From Epiperipatus broadwayi (taxonomy: Eukaryota > Animalia > Onychophora): a stretch of 64,000 nt of DNA. The stretch covers positions 14,012,001-14,076,000 of the forward strand of contig JAQFVV010000010.1 of the NCBI GenBank assembly GCA_028023455.1, given 5' to 3'. The notes under the pieces are model-generated. The model was not told the origin of the DNA and ran no database searches. It worked only from the letters and a program-made list of their open reading frames with translations. A program made the position numbers and the translations under genes. Shown in pieces: positions 37,516 through 49,717 of the stretch (positions are counted from its first letter, which is position 1; each line of letters opens with the position of its first letter).

Positions 37516-38379
37516 CTAATTGAAGGCTATTCTATTTTTTAATTATATATACAATATAACAAAAAAATATTTATACACACACACACGTAAAGGATAAAGG
37601 TATATTTGTATGCACACACACACGGGGTTATTTTATAAACATACTATATTTAAAGTATTTGATCATGTCTGTGTGTATATATTTACTAATGAAAATTAAT
37701 AATTACTGAATACAGCTTGAGGTTTTATTGTCAGTTTGACCTTGAAGAAATGTCATTAAACTTGATAACGTCGAAATCTTTTGCACACCTCTGGTGAGCT
37801 TCTATCCAATTTTTTTTTGTTGTTGAAGAACTACGTGATTTCATTACTCAGTAATTTAAAAAATTTGGATCACATGGTTTTCTAAAATTAGTATATTTTA
37901 AACCTAGGATTAGATCTTTTTTTTTTATAACTTGATTATAAATTTATTTAAAATGTCATTTTAAAAAATGCCTTAAGTGATTTCTTTAAAGTTAAGAATG
38001 CAGAGTTAATAATTATCAATAAAAGAACTTAATTTTTCAATTATGTAATGAATAAAATGACATATTGGAGAAATTACTAGTTTTTAGTTTTGAAATTAAT
38101 TTTAAATGAGCAGACGATACCTTCTATATATCGTATTTATACTAGTTTTTTTTATTTTTTTATTGTGCGTGTTTCTGTAATGATTATATATATATGTAAT
38201 GCATTTGAATAAAATGTGGACGTGATTAAAAAAGTTTATCAAAAAATTATTGGAGGGGTGGGGGCAGGAAAAGAACACACACATTTAAATATGGCTATAG
38301 TGATACTTCAAATTGTTACTGCAAATGAATATTATTATCATTTGAGACAATAAATCCATTTCAGGACTATATATATATG

Positions 38380-38460
38380 TCAAATGAATTGACCGAGCCG
38401 TGAACCCCGGGCCAGCTGCTTGGAAGGCAGCTATGCTAACCGTTAGGCTACCAATATTTG
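38380..38460 (-). pseudogene. tRNA-Gly(TCC)-like retrocopy / earliest SINE subfamily
   Basis: Sense ...ggttagcatagctgccttccaagcagctggcccggggttcacggctcggtcaa with ttgacat trailer; T-arm degenerate. Confidence 0.8.
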
Positions 38461-38870
38461 ATGAGATAATAGATAATCTTAAAAAAAATATCTACTACAT
38501 TTTTTGTGTTTGTAGTTTAGATTGTCAAGATATCATTAATTTTCTTAAATAAAGGTAAATATTAAAATAGGTAAAATAATTTACCACTAGGCTTCTCTTA
38601 GCAGGGTAACTACAAATAAGATAATACAGGACTAATCTGATGTGTGATTAGGGTTTATGGGTTTTTTTTCTTCTAACTTTTAGCTAAGACTAACTAACAT
38701 GTCTGTTAGCTGACCAATAATTGAACTTCTAACTGGATTCAATAGATGACTAGAAAACAAATCATAGTGTTATGATTTTAAGTTTATCTAAATTTGTGAA
38801 GCTCACATTGTAGGATAAGCTATCCATTATACCAAATAGCTAATAACTCATTGGAAATTTCAGTTACTTC

Positions 38871-38972
38871 GTGTTCAGTTATATATAGTGGTTAGTATAG
38901 CTGCCTTCCAAGCAACTGGCCCGGGTTCGCTTCCTGCTCAACGCGTTGACATATTAAAAAAAAAAAAAAAAA
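38871..38972 (+). pseudogene. tRNA-Gly(TCC)-like retrocopy with poly(A) tail
   Basis: tagtggttagtatagctgccttccaagcaactggcccgggttcgcttcctgctcaacgc, then ttgacatatt and a long A-run. Confidence 0.85.
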
Positions 38973-39520
38973 GATTAGTTTTGAACTTTAGTTGTTATCT
39001 TGAAAATTTTTAAAATCATTTTGGGCATCTTTTTTATATTATATTCTTTTATTATCCAAAAAGAAAACGGATCAATCAACAATCTCAAAACAACAATAAT
39101 AAAACCCAGGTCAGAAGTCAAAAATTAGCCAGTACTTATTTAAAATGTTATGAAATTTTATCATCATTTATTTTACTCAGCTTTTCACTGATTTATCTAA
39201 AATTATTTAATCCCTTATCAGATTTAAGAGATACAATACATATTAGAACATTTTCATGTAATTACATTCCTTTCCCTAGTTATATATTTATTGAAGATAG
39301 ATCAATAATATAAATGTTGACTCGTGAATAAGAAGTAGAGAAGTAAAAAAAAAAGATTGATGATTTTAAGAAAAAGACTAATTATGATAGTAATTATATA
39401 TTGTACAATTTCCATCGGTTAATCTTTAGAAAAATTCAAATTTTATTTAAGCTTTTCAAACACATTCAATCCTTATTAGTAATAAGTGAAGTAATGCATA
39501 AAGCTAAATGGGATAATATG

Positions 39521-39640
39521 TAACCATTAGAAAACAGTAACCATCTAAACATATTGAGAGAGATTGCCTTGGCAACAGTGAGAAATATTGATTACTATCT
39601 ATATTGGTATGTTTAGGTGGTTACTGGTGTCTAATGGTTA
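39521..39640. mobile_element. 120-bp palindromic MITE with 33-bp TIRs, possibly TA target
   Basis: 39521-39553 pairs with 39608-39640; central attgccttggcaac; second partial copy at 28176-28262. Confidence 0.75.
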
Positions 39641-40334
39641 TTAGTAATAGTATACAAGGCTGAGCTTTATTATTTTCCTCTCTTACTCAGGCCATCAACG
39701 CTTGAACAATTGAGAATAATAATATTTTGAATCATGTAATATACTAATCTGTATGTTATTACTAATGAACGTATTTAAAAAGTTTAAATAAAGTTTGAAT
39801 TAGTCCAATATCTAATTACTTGTAAAATACCATAACCATAAACTTTCACACAAAGATTAGCTATGAGTTTATGAAGAGTAGAGGCAAAAAAACACAGATC
39901 CAAAGAAAATGGTCTCGATTAATGTGCAGTATCTATCTTTTGCACATATTCGTTATATACAATCTGTAAAACATGGCTTCATATTTTTTTGTAGGCATTT
40001 CTTGGGATTGTTCTGATCATTTTACTACAGTAACAAATCATTTTTCTCTGTTTTCAGCTTTGACATCCATGTATATATTTAATATTTCCGCAAGATTAAA
40101 GTTGAGTTAAGTTAAATGAATTTTGGGGAGTGAATAAATATTATAAAGTATTCAACAGTCGGAAATATGAAAAGTTCATTTTGGGTAATTAAATTTATAA
40201 ATATAGTATGACTTATTTGTTCAATTCATAGACCTGCAAGCCATTGTTTTTCTATTAAGCATTCTTATCTGTCTTGCATTGAATTGTAAGTAGATTTCTT
40301 AATATATATCTATTTTGTTTTTGAGGATCTGGAG

Positions 40335-41565
40335 CAGTGGTCTTCAACCTTTTCACACCTGTGGCCCAGCAAAAATAAGGATAAGATTTCACGGACCGGC
40401 AGAAGTTTACAGATAAATTTTTGTAAAGATGTAACCTGCTTAGCCTTAGATAAGCATAATTATTATAACTGACCAAAACAGCACACTAGTTATTGTGTAT
40501 TGTAATGGTGTTGCTTACCTTCACATGCTGAACACAGAAAACAGTACAATACCAATCATTCTCATTAATGTGCTTGCATTTCTATGTTTATTATTTCATT
40601 GTTAAAACATTCAAGAATAAAATGTTATTCACCTGAATGTTGGGAAATATCATAGCTAGTGTAATCACATAGCAATGATTATGATAAATGTAATATCTGT
40701 ATTTAATGTTAAATATACAAGATGGTTATATATATATGGAGGTTGTCTTTTGATAGTAGTAAGGGCAAAATAGAAATCGTGTAATTAATTACTGTACAGT
40801 CCAAAAAAATTCGCTGTATTTTAAATCTGAAAAAATAAAACGAAACATCTAAAAGTCTGAAGTTTTGATGTTATTGTAATTTTTTTTTTTTTGTGCTGGT
40901 GTGTTGAAAGGATCAAAAAATGTAATTAATAGGAAAAGTTTTTTTTTAAAAAAGGTAAAATAGATATCGTGTAATACAACTAAAGCAAAAAAAAAAAATC
41001 GCAAAGTTATTTTTTGTTTGTTTTTATTTTTAAAAAAAGGTTAACAGAAATTGGTTTTAAAAATAAAAGTTTTAGTATATTAGCAATATACAAATAAAAC
41101 CAAAAAATATCGCCTTATAGGCCAAAAAAAAAGTGGGCGTATTTTTAAACAAAAAAAAAAGAAAACGAAACTTGAAAAAGTCAAAAGTTTTGATCTTGTT
41201 TTAACACATAAACAATGCCGACAAGCGACCGTGATTGGCTATCAAAAGACAACTGGAGTTTGTTTAATAAAAAACCTTTTTTTTTTAAATTTTGAATTTT
41301 TTTAGAAAAATAATAGATTTAATTCTATCTCTCCATAAACATCTGTGACAAATAGAAAAACAAATTAATTTATGTATGATTGATTAGATTTCGTTTTTGT
41401 TGTTTCTTATTTTTTAATAGGGTAAAAATGCGATGAAAAAGTAAATAAAAACTGTTTATATTAATTAAAAGTTTAAAATCTTATTATTTTGTTATTACTA
41501 ACTTTCTTGCCAGTCTAGCGCGACCCGGCAGAAAACTTCTGCGGCCCGGTGGTTGAAGACCACTG
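40335..41565. mobile_element. Non-autonomous hAT element, 1.23 kb
   Basis: Perfect 15-bp TIRs CAGTGGTCTTCAACC / GGTTGAAGACCACTG; 8-bp TSD ATCTGGAG / ATCTAGAG (Charlie-type NTCTAGAN target). Confidence 0.94.
40742..41253. mobile_element. Possible nested 512-bp TIR element with 5-bp TSD
   Basis: Perfect 15-bp inverted repeat GTTGTCTTTTGATAG / CTATCAAAAGACAAC; TGGAG directly flanks both ends (40737-40741, 41254-41258). Confidence 0.5.
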
Positions 41566-42711
41566 ATCTAGAGGACATAGAAACAAACTTATTCTTTAAA
41601 AATAAATTTTATTAAATCATGTTATAGTTACACTGCTGAAAAATGTTAAGTTCTTTGATTTTTCTCTCCAGTATTTTGAATAAAGATTGTATTAAATGTA
41701 TTTTTATATGTAATGGACATCCTTTTTTAAATATCATTGGTTAGATATAATTTATTGTTATTATTAAAATTTTCTACTTATAGTGAAAACCATGAGTTGC
41801 ACTATATTTCATTCCAAGCCCTCTTGCATACAACATATGCAGCACATAACACATTGTTCTATTGGCAAATCTTTATTATGATACAATTACTGTTCATTGT
41901 ACTAGTTATAGTTTTAACAAGGCTGTAAACCTTAGCAATGAGCGTCTGAAAAAATCATCACTAGGGACCTCTGTAGGTCTTTAAAACACATGCTTACGCT
42001 GTAAGTCTACAGTACAACATTTTTATACATATATTTATATAAAAAATGCTTTATGCATATAGTATACATATATAAATTAAGATTATAATATGAACAAAAA
42101 TTTAAAAAAGTTAAATATTATTAATAATATATTGAGGAAGCTTATTTACATATATATTTACTATACTGTGTGTGTGTTCAGTCATTCGTAGTTCTGTTTC
42201 ATCACAATACTTTTTCCAGATATTTTTTTTCTCCTATAATTTTTTAAAATTCCAAGAAAATATAGTGGCAGCTCCATGCAACTTCACTGGTTATTTTAAT
42301 AATTGTAAGACAAATGGTTTTGAAATCTATACAATTATTCTCTATTTATAGAGGAATAATTTGGAATTATGTGATCAGATTCTCAGCTAATTTTTTCATA
42401 GAAATTTAAGGGCTGTCTTAAACAATACAAGACTATCTACCATCACTATCTTACAATTTATATTATTTAATTATAGTTTTAAGGCTTTTTCTGTTTTAAT
42501 CAAAAATTATCCCTTTCTTTAGTTACAATCGACGACGGGTGGCATAAATCTTTGTATATATAATTTTTTTTGATTGGTGATTCATTCTTTAGAAACACAT
42601 GAATGATTTTATGATCTCTTGAGATGTATTACCCATTATACTACAGTATGCAATATATAGTATTAAACTTTTAGGGGAAAAAAATGCAAAGAAAAATTTC
42701 TGTGTACATAC

Positions 42712-42803
42712 TTTTTTTCCTATGTAAAATGCGTTGACCGGGAAGCAAACCCGGGCCAGCTGCTTGGAAGGCAGCTATGCTAACTACTATGCTAACAATG
42801 CTC
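42712..42803 (-). pseudogene. tRNA-Gly(TCC)-like retrocopy, nearly full cloverleaf (42730-42801)
   Basis: Sense GCATTGTTAGCATAGTAGTTAGCATAGCTGCCTTCCAAGCAGCTGGCCCGGGTTTGCTTCCCGGTCAACGCA; B box mutated (TTTGCTT), acceptor mismatches, A-rich tail. Confidence 0.82.
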
Positions 42804-43099
42804 GAGTTTTAACTACAGCACTGAACTGCATTTAAATCACAAACAAAAATCGATTTAAATAACTTCACATATGGGATTTAAGAACATTAAAATTTATTGA
42901 AAAAAATGGCCATCATCATATTGAGATTAGTAAAATTTAATAATTTTGTAATTGTCAATGTTTTTTTTTATTATTTTTTACATTTTTTTTTTTTTTTGGT
43001 TAGCTTATAATTGAAGTTTTGAAATTTTATTCAGCATAGTTTACGGCTTTATTATATTGTATTTTTTCAATTGTTACTATTTGAAGTAAGTGTTTTCGT

Positions 43100-45300
43100 A
43101 AACATGCTACAAGTTTTTCGGTGTCTAAGTACTATATATTGTAACAATCCGGAGAAGGTAGACTTACGTAAACTGCACTACAGGGCGCCATCTAGGCATT
43201 TGGACCTAGAAAAATTTATAAAGTAGGCAGATACGTAAGTCAAAAAAAAATTATTTTTTTTTTAAATATTTTGGTTCCGGTCGTTAGCCCATGTCACTAG
43301 CTCAGTGGAATAGCAGAGATTAAATAATATAATCTAAGAGTATATAAAAAAAGAATTAAATAAGCCACTGCCAGTAATTAGCATACAAACATTTATTTAT
43401 GCACATATATATAAGATTGAAAATTGTTTTAGTATCAGTTTACATTTTAACATTTAACATCATTTTTAACTTTACTTTGAATTTTAATTTACATTTTAAT
43501 TTCTATTATATTATAAGTTTACATTTTAATTAAGCTCGCACAGGTGGGATTATAAAAGCTTGTTTTAATATGTTGTGTATAGATCGGTTACATAGATTTC
43601 AACGGTCAAAAACATTTCAAAATAAACATAAACGATCAAAATATAAAATCATTGATACTGACAATTGCAGAGGGAAATTTATAAGTAACCCAATAGTATT
43701 CACCATAAGATACTTGCATTGTCACCAATAACTTAAAAGACATCCGAATAAATACATTTTAGATACTTACCGTGAGGTATCATTATTTATCGAATGTCTA
43801 TATATTTTGATCAAATATGAAATCCAAAACATAATTAACCGATAACGAATCCATGCAAACGTCTATAAACAACTTAAATTTAATGCATTTTTATTTAGTG
43901 TCGAGTATGAATAGACTACATAGATTTGCATTTGAGAATAAACATTCTATCCCTATTTAACCTTAGGCTAAAATTCGTAGTCAAACTGGCATCAATCCAT
44001 CTGATATATCGATGTATTCAATGTAATAAAATACGGCAGCACAAAAGTTAAGAGAAGAAATTGCCTCTCGTCAGATAGGAATACTACATCTATCTGCGAA
44101 GAAGAGCAATAAAACAAAAAACTCCATAGAAAGGAACTGCGGTATCCGACTTATAATTCCTTCCATAGGCAAATGGGTGTGTGCGGCATATGAAGCGATT
44201 CTGCCCGTAGCGAATCTGTACTACATTACTAAATTACACCAATATATCCAATCCATTGACCCAATCTAACCACGAAACAAATAACCTAAGATTACCCTCC
44301 CCTAATATAACTTTACAAATCTATACAGCCATTCACACCCGACTTAAGTTTAACATTTATATAATTTAACTTAACAGAAAACAGAAATCATAATAAAACT
44401 TAAAGAACAAAAAATAAATAAATGGAAATGATTTTAAATAAAAAAAAATATCAAATAACATTATTAATATTAATTTACGTTGGTCAGATAGGATTCTATT
44501 TGTATTTTTTTATATATGGAAAGTTTTTAATTTAATGTTCATAAATTATAAAGTTCTTATGGTTTTTTAAACAGTTCATCTTTATATGTTCCTTGCCATT
44601 TGAATGTGAATTCCCACGCCGTCCTAAAAAGATTGGTATCCATTTAGCCGTTGTTTTATTTATTCATTCGGAGGTTTTTTAGTTTAGTTGGTCCTCAATG
44701 TAGAAAACGATAGTTCATTTCTCTTTCTTTCTTTGGCAAAACTGAAGGGATTGAAGAGTGCGTCTTTTCAATCCCTTCTCCTTCACTTCCGCACTAACAC
44801 ATATCTGTCACATCATAAATAATCAATAATTAATAATTTTCAAACTTGTCCTTTTATATTAATTTGAAGGATTGAATTTACATTACGTCATCGATGCGAT
44901 GGTTCTTTCGGCGAGGTCCGATTCCATAGGGATTTCTTTTTATTTGCTAAAAGTTTCTATTGTTTTCCTATCTGACCGATGTTTTTACATTTAAATGCCC
45001 AAGGCTAGTTTACATTTAACTAATTAAAACAATCATTTCCATTTCTGATTAATTCATGTGTTTTTCAAGATTAAAGATATATTTTTATCTCTAAATCGTT
45101 TTAGGTTTTTGTTTTTAAAATACCTTTCTATTTTTAATAAAGTTTTATTTTAATAATTTTTTTTTTTTATCTGTGCGATTTATATATACGAGTTTAAGAT
45201 GATATTTAATTTTTAATTCTTAAAGAAAATTTTTAAATGCGAACATGTTTAATAATAAAAAAACAATGTAACATCGTCTGTGCTTGTTACAATATATAGG
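43100..45300. promoter_or_regulatory. CpG-retaining region, probable bidirectional promoter
   Basis: Hand count about 40 CG in 43561-45300 versus about 6 in 20001-21740; outward-facing GTAAGT donors at 43770 (minus) and 45300 (plus). Confidence 0.55.
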
Positions 45301-45489
45301 TAAGTAAAACAGCCATTAGATCACTGCAGATTCAAGTCATTTCTATCAGATATTCTTAGAGGAATATGGAATATGGAAGAAATTCTCTTCTGCCAATGGC
45401 TGCTTACAAAAGTTTGAGCTGTTTTTCATCCATGGTTAACTTGCTGTAGCTAAGAGTACCGAATGCTAATTTTTTTTTTCAGTGATGAA

Positions 45490-45890
45490 AGTTTATTCAT
45501 CAAAAGAAAACAGATACAAATACAGTTAAAAAAAGATTTACAAAGAAGTGATTACATGATAAGATGAAATTCAGGAACAACATGGTGAAAAGGGAAAGGA
45601 TGTGTAGTCCAGGCCAAGAAAAGTCTTTGGTTGCAAGTCCGAGACGCATGTCCACATTGAGCGAGCGATCACATGGGTCACAAACATTTAATTGAACGAG
45701 TCCTGTGACAGGCTGAGAGGATGGGAATTGGAGGATTGCCCAGGTGTCTTAGAGGAGTGGAGCTAGTTTGGTATCTCTGGTTTTGAGAGAGCAAATTAGG
45801 TCCAATAGTTTTTGATTTGCTGAGTGTACTCTCTGGTCAGAAATAATTTATTGACTGATAACGATTACGTGGATGATAGGTCTGTACTCA
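45490..45890 (-). mobile_element. Possible LINE 3' fragment (L1/Tx1-like)
   Basis: GC-richer block ending (minus sense) ttgtaaatc...tgtatttgtatc...gatgAATAAA; no diagnostic domain recognised. Confidence 0.3.
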
Positions 45891-47749
45891 CAAGACCATT
45901 TATTTATATTGTTTATCAGTATTATTAAATGTTAAAGTCTTAAAAAGATGACATACCTTTTTGTTTTTTTTCCAGATGTTGAAAGTTATTTGAAGAATTG
46001 AATTATTCCTCAGAGTTGACATTTTTTATAATTTATTTAAGAAATTTGTATAAAAATATTATTTATTGTTATTAAATACACATCAATAGATCAAGAATAT
46101 GACGGCTTGTTTTGTATTTGTTTGGAACTAATTTTATATATACTTTTATAAATATTTCTAGTATTGAAAATAAATAAATGTATCATTCTTATTATTTTTT
46201 AACATATTGCATATGCAGCCCTTCTGCATTTTTACAAAATGAGTCAACTATACAGATCTGTGGCAAACAAAGGAGCTTTTTAACATGATATAAAATTAGA
46301 TAAGTGGGGAGGGGAATATAAAAAATACGGTTTATTTGAGTGATTTGTTATAATACTATAAGAAGTTAGTAATTCTATCATATATACATATATTTTAAAA
46401 GTGGCAAGTATAAATAATGTACAATGATTTTATATCAGTTATACTTGTAATAATTTTTTTCTTTTATTCTGTTTGGATGTGAAAGGAGTAACCTAAATAT
46501 TTATTTCTCTCTCTCTTTTAAACTAATAAGTAATAGTAATTGACATATTGTGATAATTGAGCCAATTACTACATTTATCATAAAATTTATTTTAATCTTA
46601 GAAATGGAAGCAAGACCATATGTGCTTGGTACTTCCAATATATGATCATTAAAAAAAAAAAAAAAGTCCACCATAAAGATAAAAAAAATTACTTTTCTAC
46701 CATGTTTTTTTTTTTTAAATTTAGAAGATAATTAAAATAATAATACTAATAATTTTTAAAAATTTCTTTTTTTAATATCTTTAGATGATCATTTTCCTGA
46801 TAAATCTATTGAATCTCTTATCAAATTAATCTTTGCTGTAGAAACATTGCTCTGTATGAGGCAACTTTAAGTAGGTATGCATTAATTAAATGGAATTAAA
46901 AAAAAATTCTTGCTATTTGCTAAGACAAGAAAAAGCAATCCAAATTCTTCAATAATGCCTACCTACTTAAATTAATTGGATCTTTGCATATTTAGAATTG
47001 TTATATATATATATATTTGTTGTTGAAAATATTTCTGAAAATGAATATTAAAAAAAAGCAAAAAAGCTGTATTTTAACAATATTATTCTTTCACATCAAT
47101 TAAAATGTTATACAGTAAAGAAAAATAGGGTTGTGACAGTGTTCACTAATGCAATAGTTAATAATACTCAATTTGAATCTATTCTGAATATAATAATTTT
47201 TGTTAACACTAAAATTCTGACTAAATACTCAGTATTATCTAAAATGTTTACCATCGTTTTTGTCAGTTCATTTTTAAGATTTGTTGGCAAGACCTATATA
47301 CATTTGTTGAGTATACATATGAATTTTAATAGTAGGCTGTAAAACATTAACTTCCATGTCCCACTGTAGAGAAGGTGAAGAAAATACTGACCAAAGTAAG
47401 TGGAAATGTTGGGTAGAGAATATTTAATAGCTTTTTTCTTTATTTTCTTTACCTATAGTTTGATATCTATTCATTTACTGCCTAACAATTTTCTAATTTT
47501 AGCTGTTTTAAATCTTTAGATTGCTAGATAATGTGTTAACCACAGTGTGCAGTATATATATACAATTCTAAAGTATTTAGGGAAATGAATTTTCTTAAGC
47601 TTATTCTCTGAAATGTGTAATAGAAATATGAAGACTTGCACTTGATGGCACTACTGTCTGGAGAGTTTGCTATTAACAACCTGTGTAAACATATGAAATG
47701 GTAATCATGTGATGTTTTGTTGGAGAAACAGAACAAAGGATTTTAGATT

Positions 47750-47828
47750 TTTTTTTCTTTTCCATATGTCATGGCATCGGCCAGGAAGCTGTCTGCAACC
47801 AACTGCTTGCTTGCAAGACTGCTGCGCG
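47750..47828 (-). mobile_element. tRNA-Gly-derived SINE, long subfamily, deleted
   Basis: atatgtcatggcatcggccaggaagc...tgcaaccaactgcttgcttgcaag matches 26488-26560. Confidence 0.78.
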
Positions 47829-47930
47829 ATTTTAGATTTAAATAATACTTCGAGTGCAATTTGAAATTTATAATTGCAGTTTGTAATATTATAATTGACT
47901 ATTAGTCTGCATTCAGAATAGGTTATATTT

Positions 47931-48127
47931 ACCTGTTTAAAGAACTTTATTTAAACTTCTTTGTATTAACAATTCCAATCTCTATGGTCAAGTTGCAATC
48001 TTTAGTGTCTATATAAGCATATTAGACCATACTTGTTTAAAGAGATTTATTTAAACTTCTTTATCAACAATTCCAATCTCTATGGTCAAGTTGCAATCTT
48101 TAGTGTCTATTATAAGCATATTAGATC
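47931..48127. repeat. Tandem duplication, period about 100 bp
   Basis: aacaattccaatctctatggtcaagttgcaatctttagtgtcta occurs twice. Confidence 0.93.
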
Positions 48128-48221
48128 TTTAATAAAGATGGGATTCCACCTTTATTGTTAAAAGGAGGTTGCCTCGACAACAGTTTGAAATTGTTATTAA
48201 TATTGGGATGGTCTAAATGTT

Positions 48222-48332
48222 TTTTTTTTCTTCTCATGTGTCATAGCATCAGCCGGGAAGCGAACCCGCCAACCCAGGACAACTGCCTGTAAAGTAGCCA
48301 ACGCTGAGCTTTCAAACACCAATGCTTGACAA
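48222..48332 (-). mobile_element. tRNA-Gly-derived SINE, full length, 23-bp TSD
   Basis: Flanked by AATATTGGG(A/G)TGGTCTAAATGTT at 48199-48221 and 48333-48355; T-run tail on the left. Confidence 0.92.
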
Positions 48333-49176
48333 AATATTGGGGTGGTCTAAATGTTGACTGGTTTTTAATGATTACTTACAAACCCATTTAGCCTTGAGCA
48401 TTATAACACTTATTATTTAGTTTGTATATATATTGAATGTAAATATTTATATATTCTAATAATTTTAAGTTCATGAACAAATCATAGCTGTTAAATATGT
48501 AACATTAAGAATATATTAACTCATTTATGAATCAACTAAGATGAATATGTTTCTATAATTCACAAGTCAGATTCAGAATCACAGATTCTTAAATGATAAG
48601 TAAACTAGATATTAAAACTTAGAAAGTGTGAAACTTATATTAGTGGTAATTTTTATTATTATTAATCAAGCAAGCTTACAGGTTTATCTAACAAACTCAG
48701 ATGAAATTTTTATAAATTTAATAAATCTGCAAATGAATCATGGTTATTAAATATGTGTCATTTAGAGTATATAATCTTATTTACAGACCAAGTACGTTAC
48801 AATATAATTCACAAGTATGACTTATAAAGAATTGTTTTTAATAGACTTGCAAACAATGTCTACCATTTCCTTGTAATATCAACTCATTAGTCAGATTTTT
48901 TAAAAAAGGCCAATTTTTATTTGACTACAATCCAAATGAAATTCTAATGACTCTGTAAATACATTTTAGCTATTAAATATGTTTCATTGAGAATATATAA
49001 AAATATTTAATTCTGAGTACATTACTATAATTAGTTGATCCTTGAAAAAGTATATATATTCCCAGTGTTATATATTTAATAGTTGGGATTTATTTATGGA
49101 CTTACTAAAATTATTAGAATTTCATCTGGTTTGTCATTTGAAATCATAAGTTTCCTTAATTAATAATTGCAAAATC

Positions 49177-49717
49177 AATAAACATCACATGATCACCACC
49201 TCTTATGCTTGTGTATAACTGTTGTTAAAACAGGCAAAACTCACTATACGTATTGCCACACACAGCAAGCTAGAGCAATCAATAAATGCCAGGAGGCTTG
49301 TGCATAAAATGCCCATCTAGTGCCTACTCATCCAATGTCCCCAGTCTAGCCTTCGTCAGTGAGGAGCCTTGGATCTGAGAGCACTGCACCTAGATCTTAG
49401 GCTCTAATGCAACTCTTCAGCAAACACCTTTTATCTCCATTTAACTACAAAACCATGAGTCTTAAACTGAAAGCATCTTAATGTTTTCAATCCAAGCCCA
49501 TTAGCTTATATAGTCATATGGGTCTGAATCCAGTTCAGTACCCATACATTTTGGTGTCTTTGGTTCTTTAATAACCATAGCCACCACTACCTATTAGGCA
49601 GGATTGGTTTTAAGCCAATAAACATCACATGACCACCACCTCTTATGGGTGTGTATAACTTGTTGAAACAGGCAAAACTCACTATATGTATTGCCACACA
49701 CAGCAAGCTAGAACAAT
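49177..49717 (-). mobile_element. Family B element, 1.2 units in partial tandem (period 440 bp), hammerhead internally deleted
   Basis: aataaacatcacatga at 49177 and 49617; remnant ctgacgaaggc-tagactgggg at 49339-49364 lacks GAAA; 7-bp TSD CAAAATC at 49170-49176 and 49718-49724. Confidence 0.9.

Noticed and set aside
42730-42801. Functional tRNA-Gly(TCC) gene
   Set aside because: B box TTTGCTT, acceptor-stem mismatches and an A-rich tail; treated as a retrocopy.
44050-44074. Minus-strand CTGACGA plus GAGA..TTCTC hairpin
   Set aside because: Followed by TTAA rather than GAAA; better explained as part of the GTCAGATAGGA motif.
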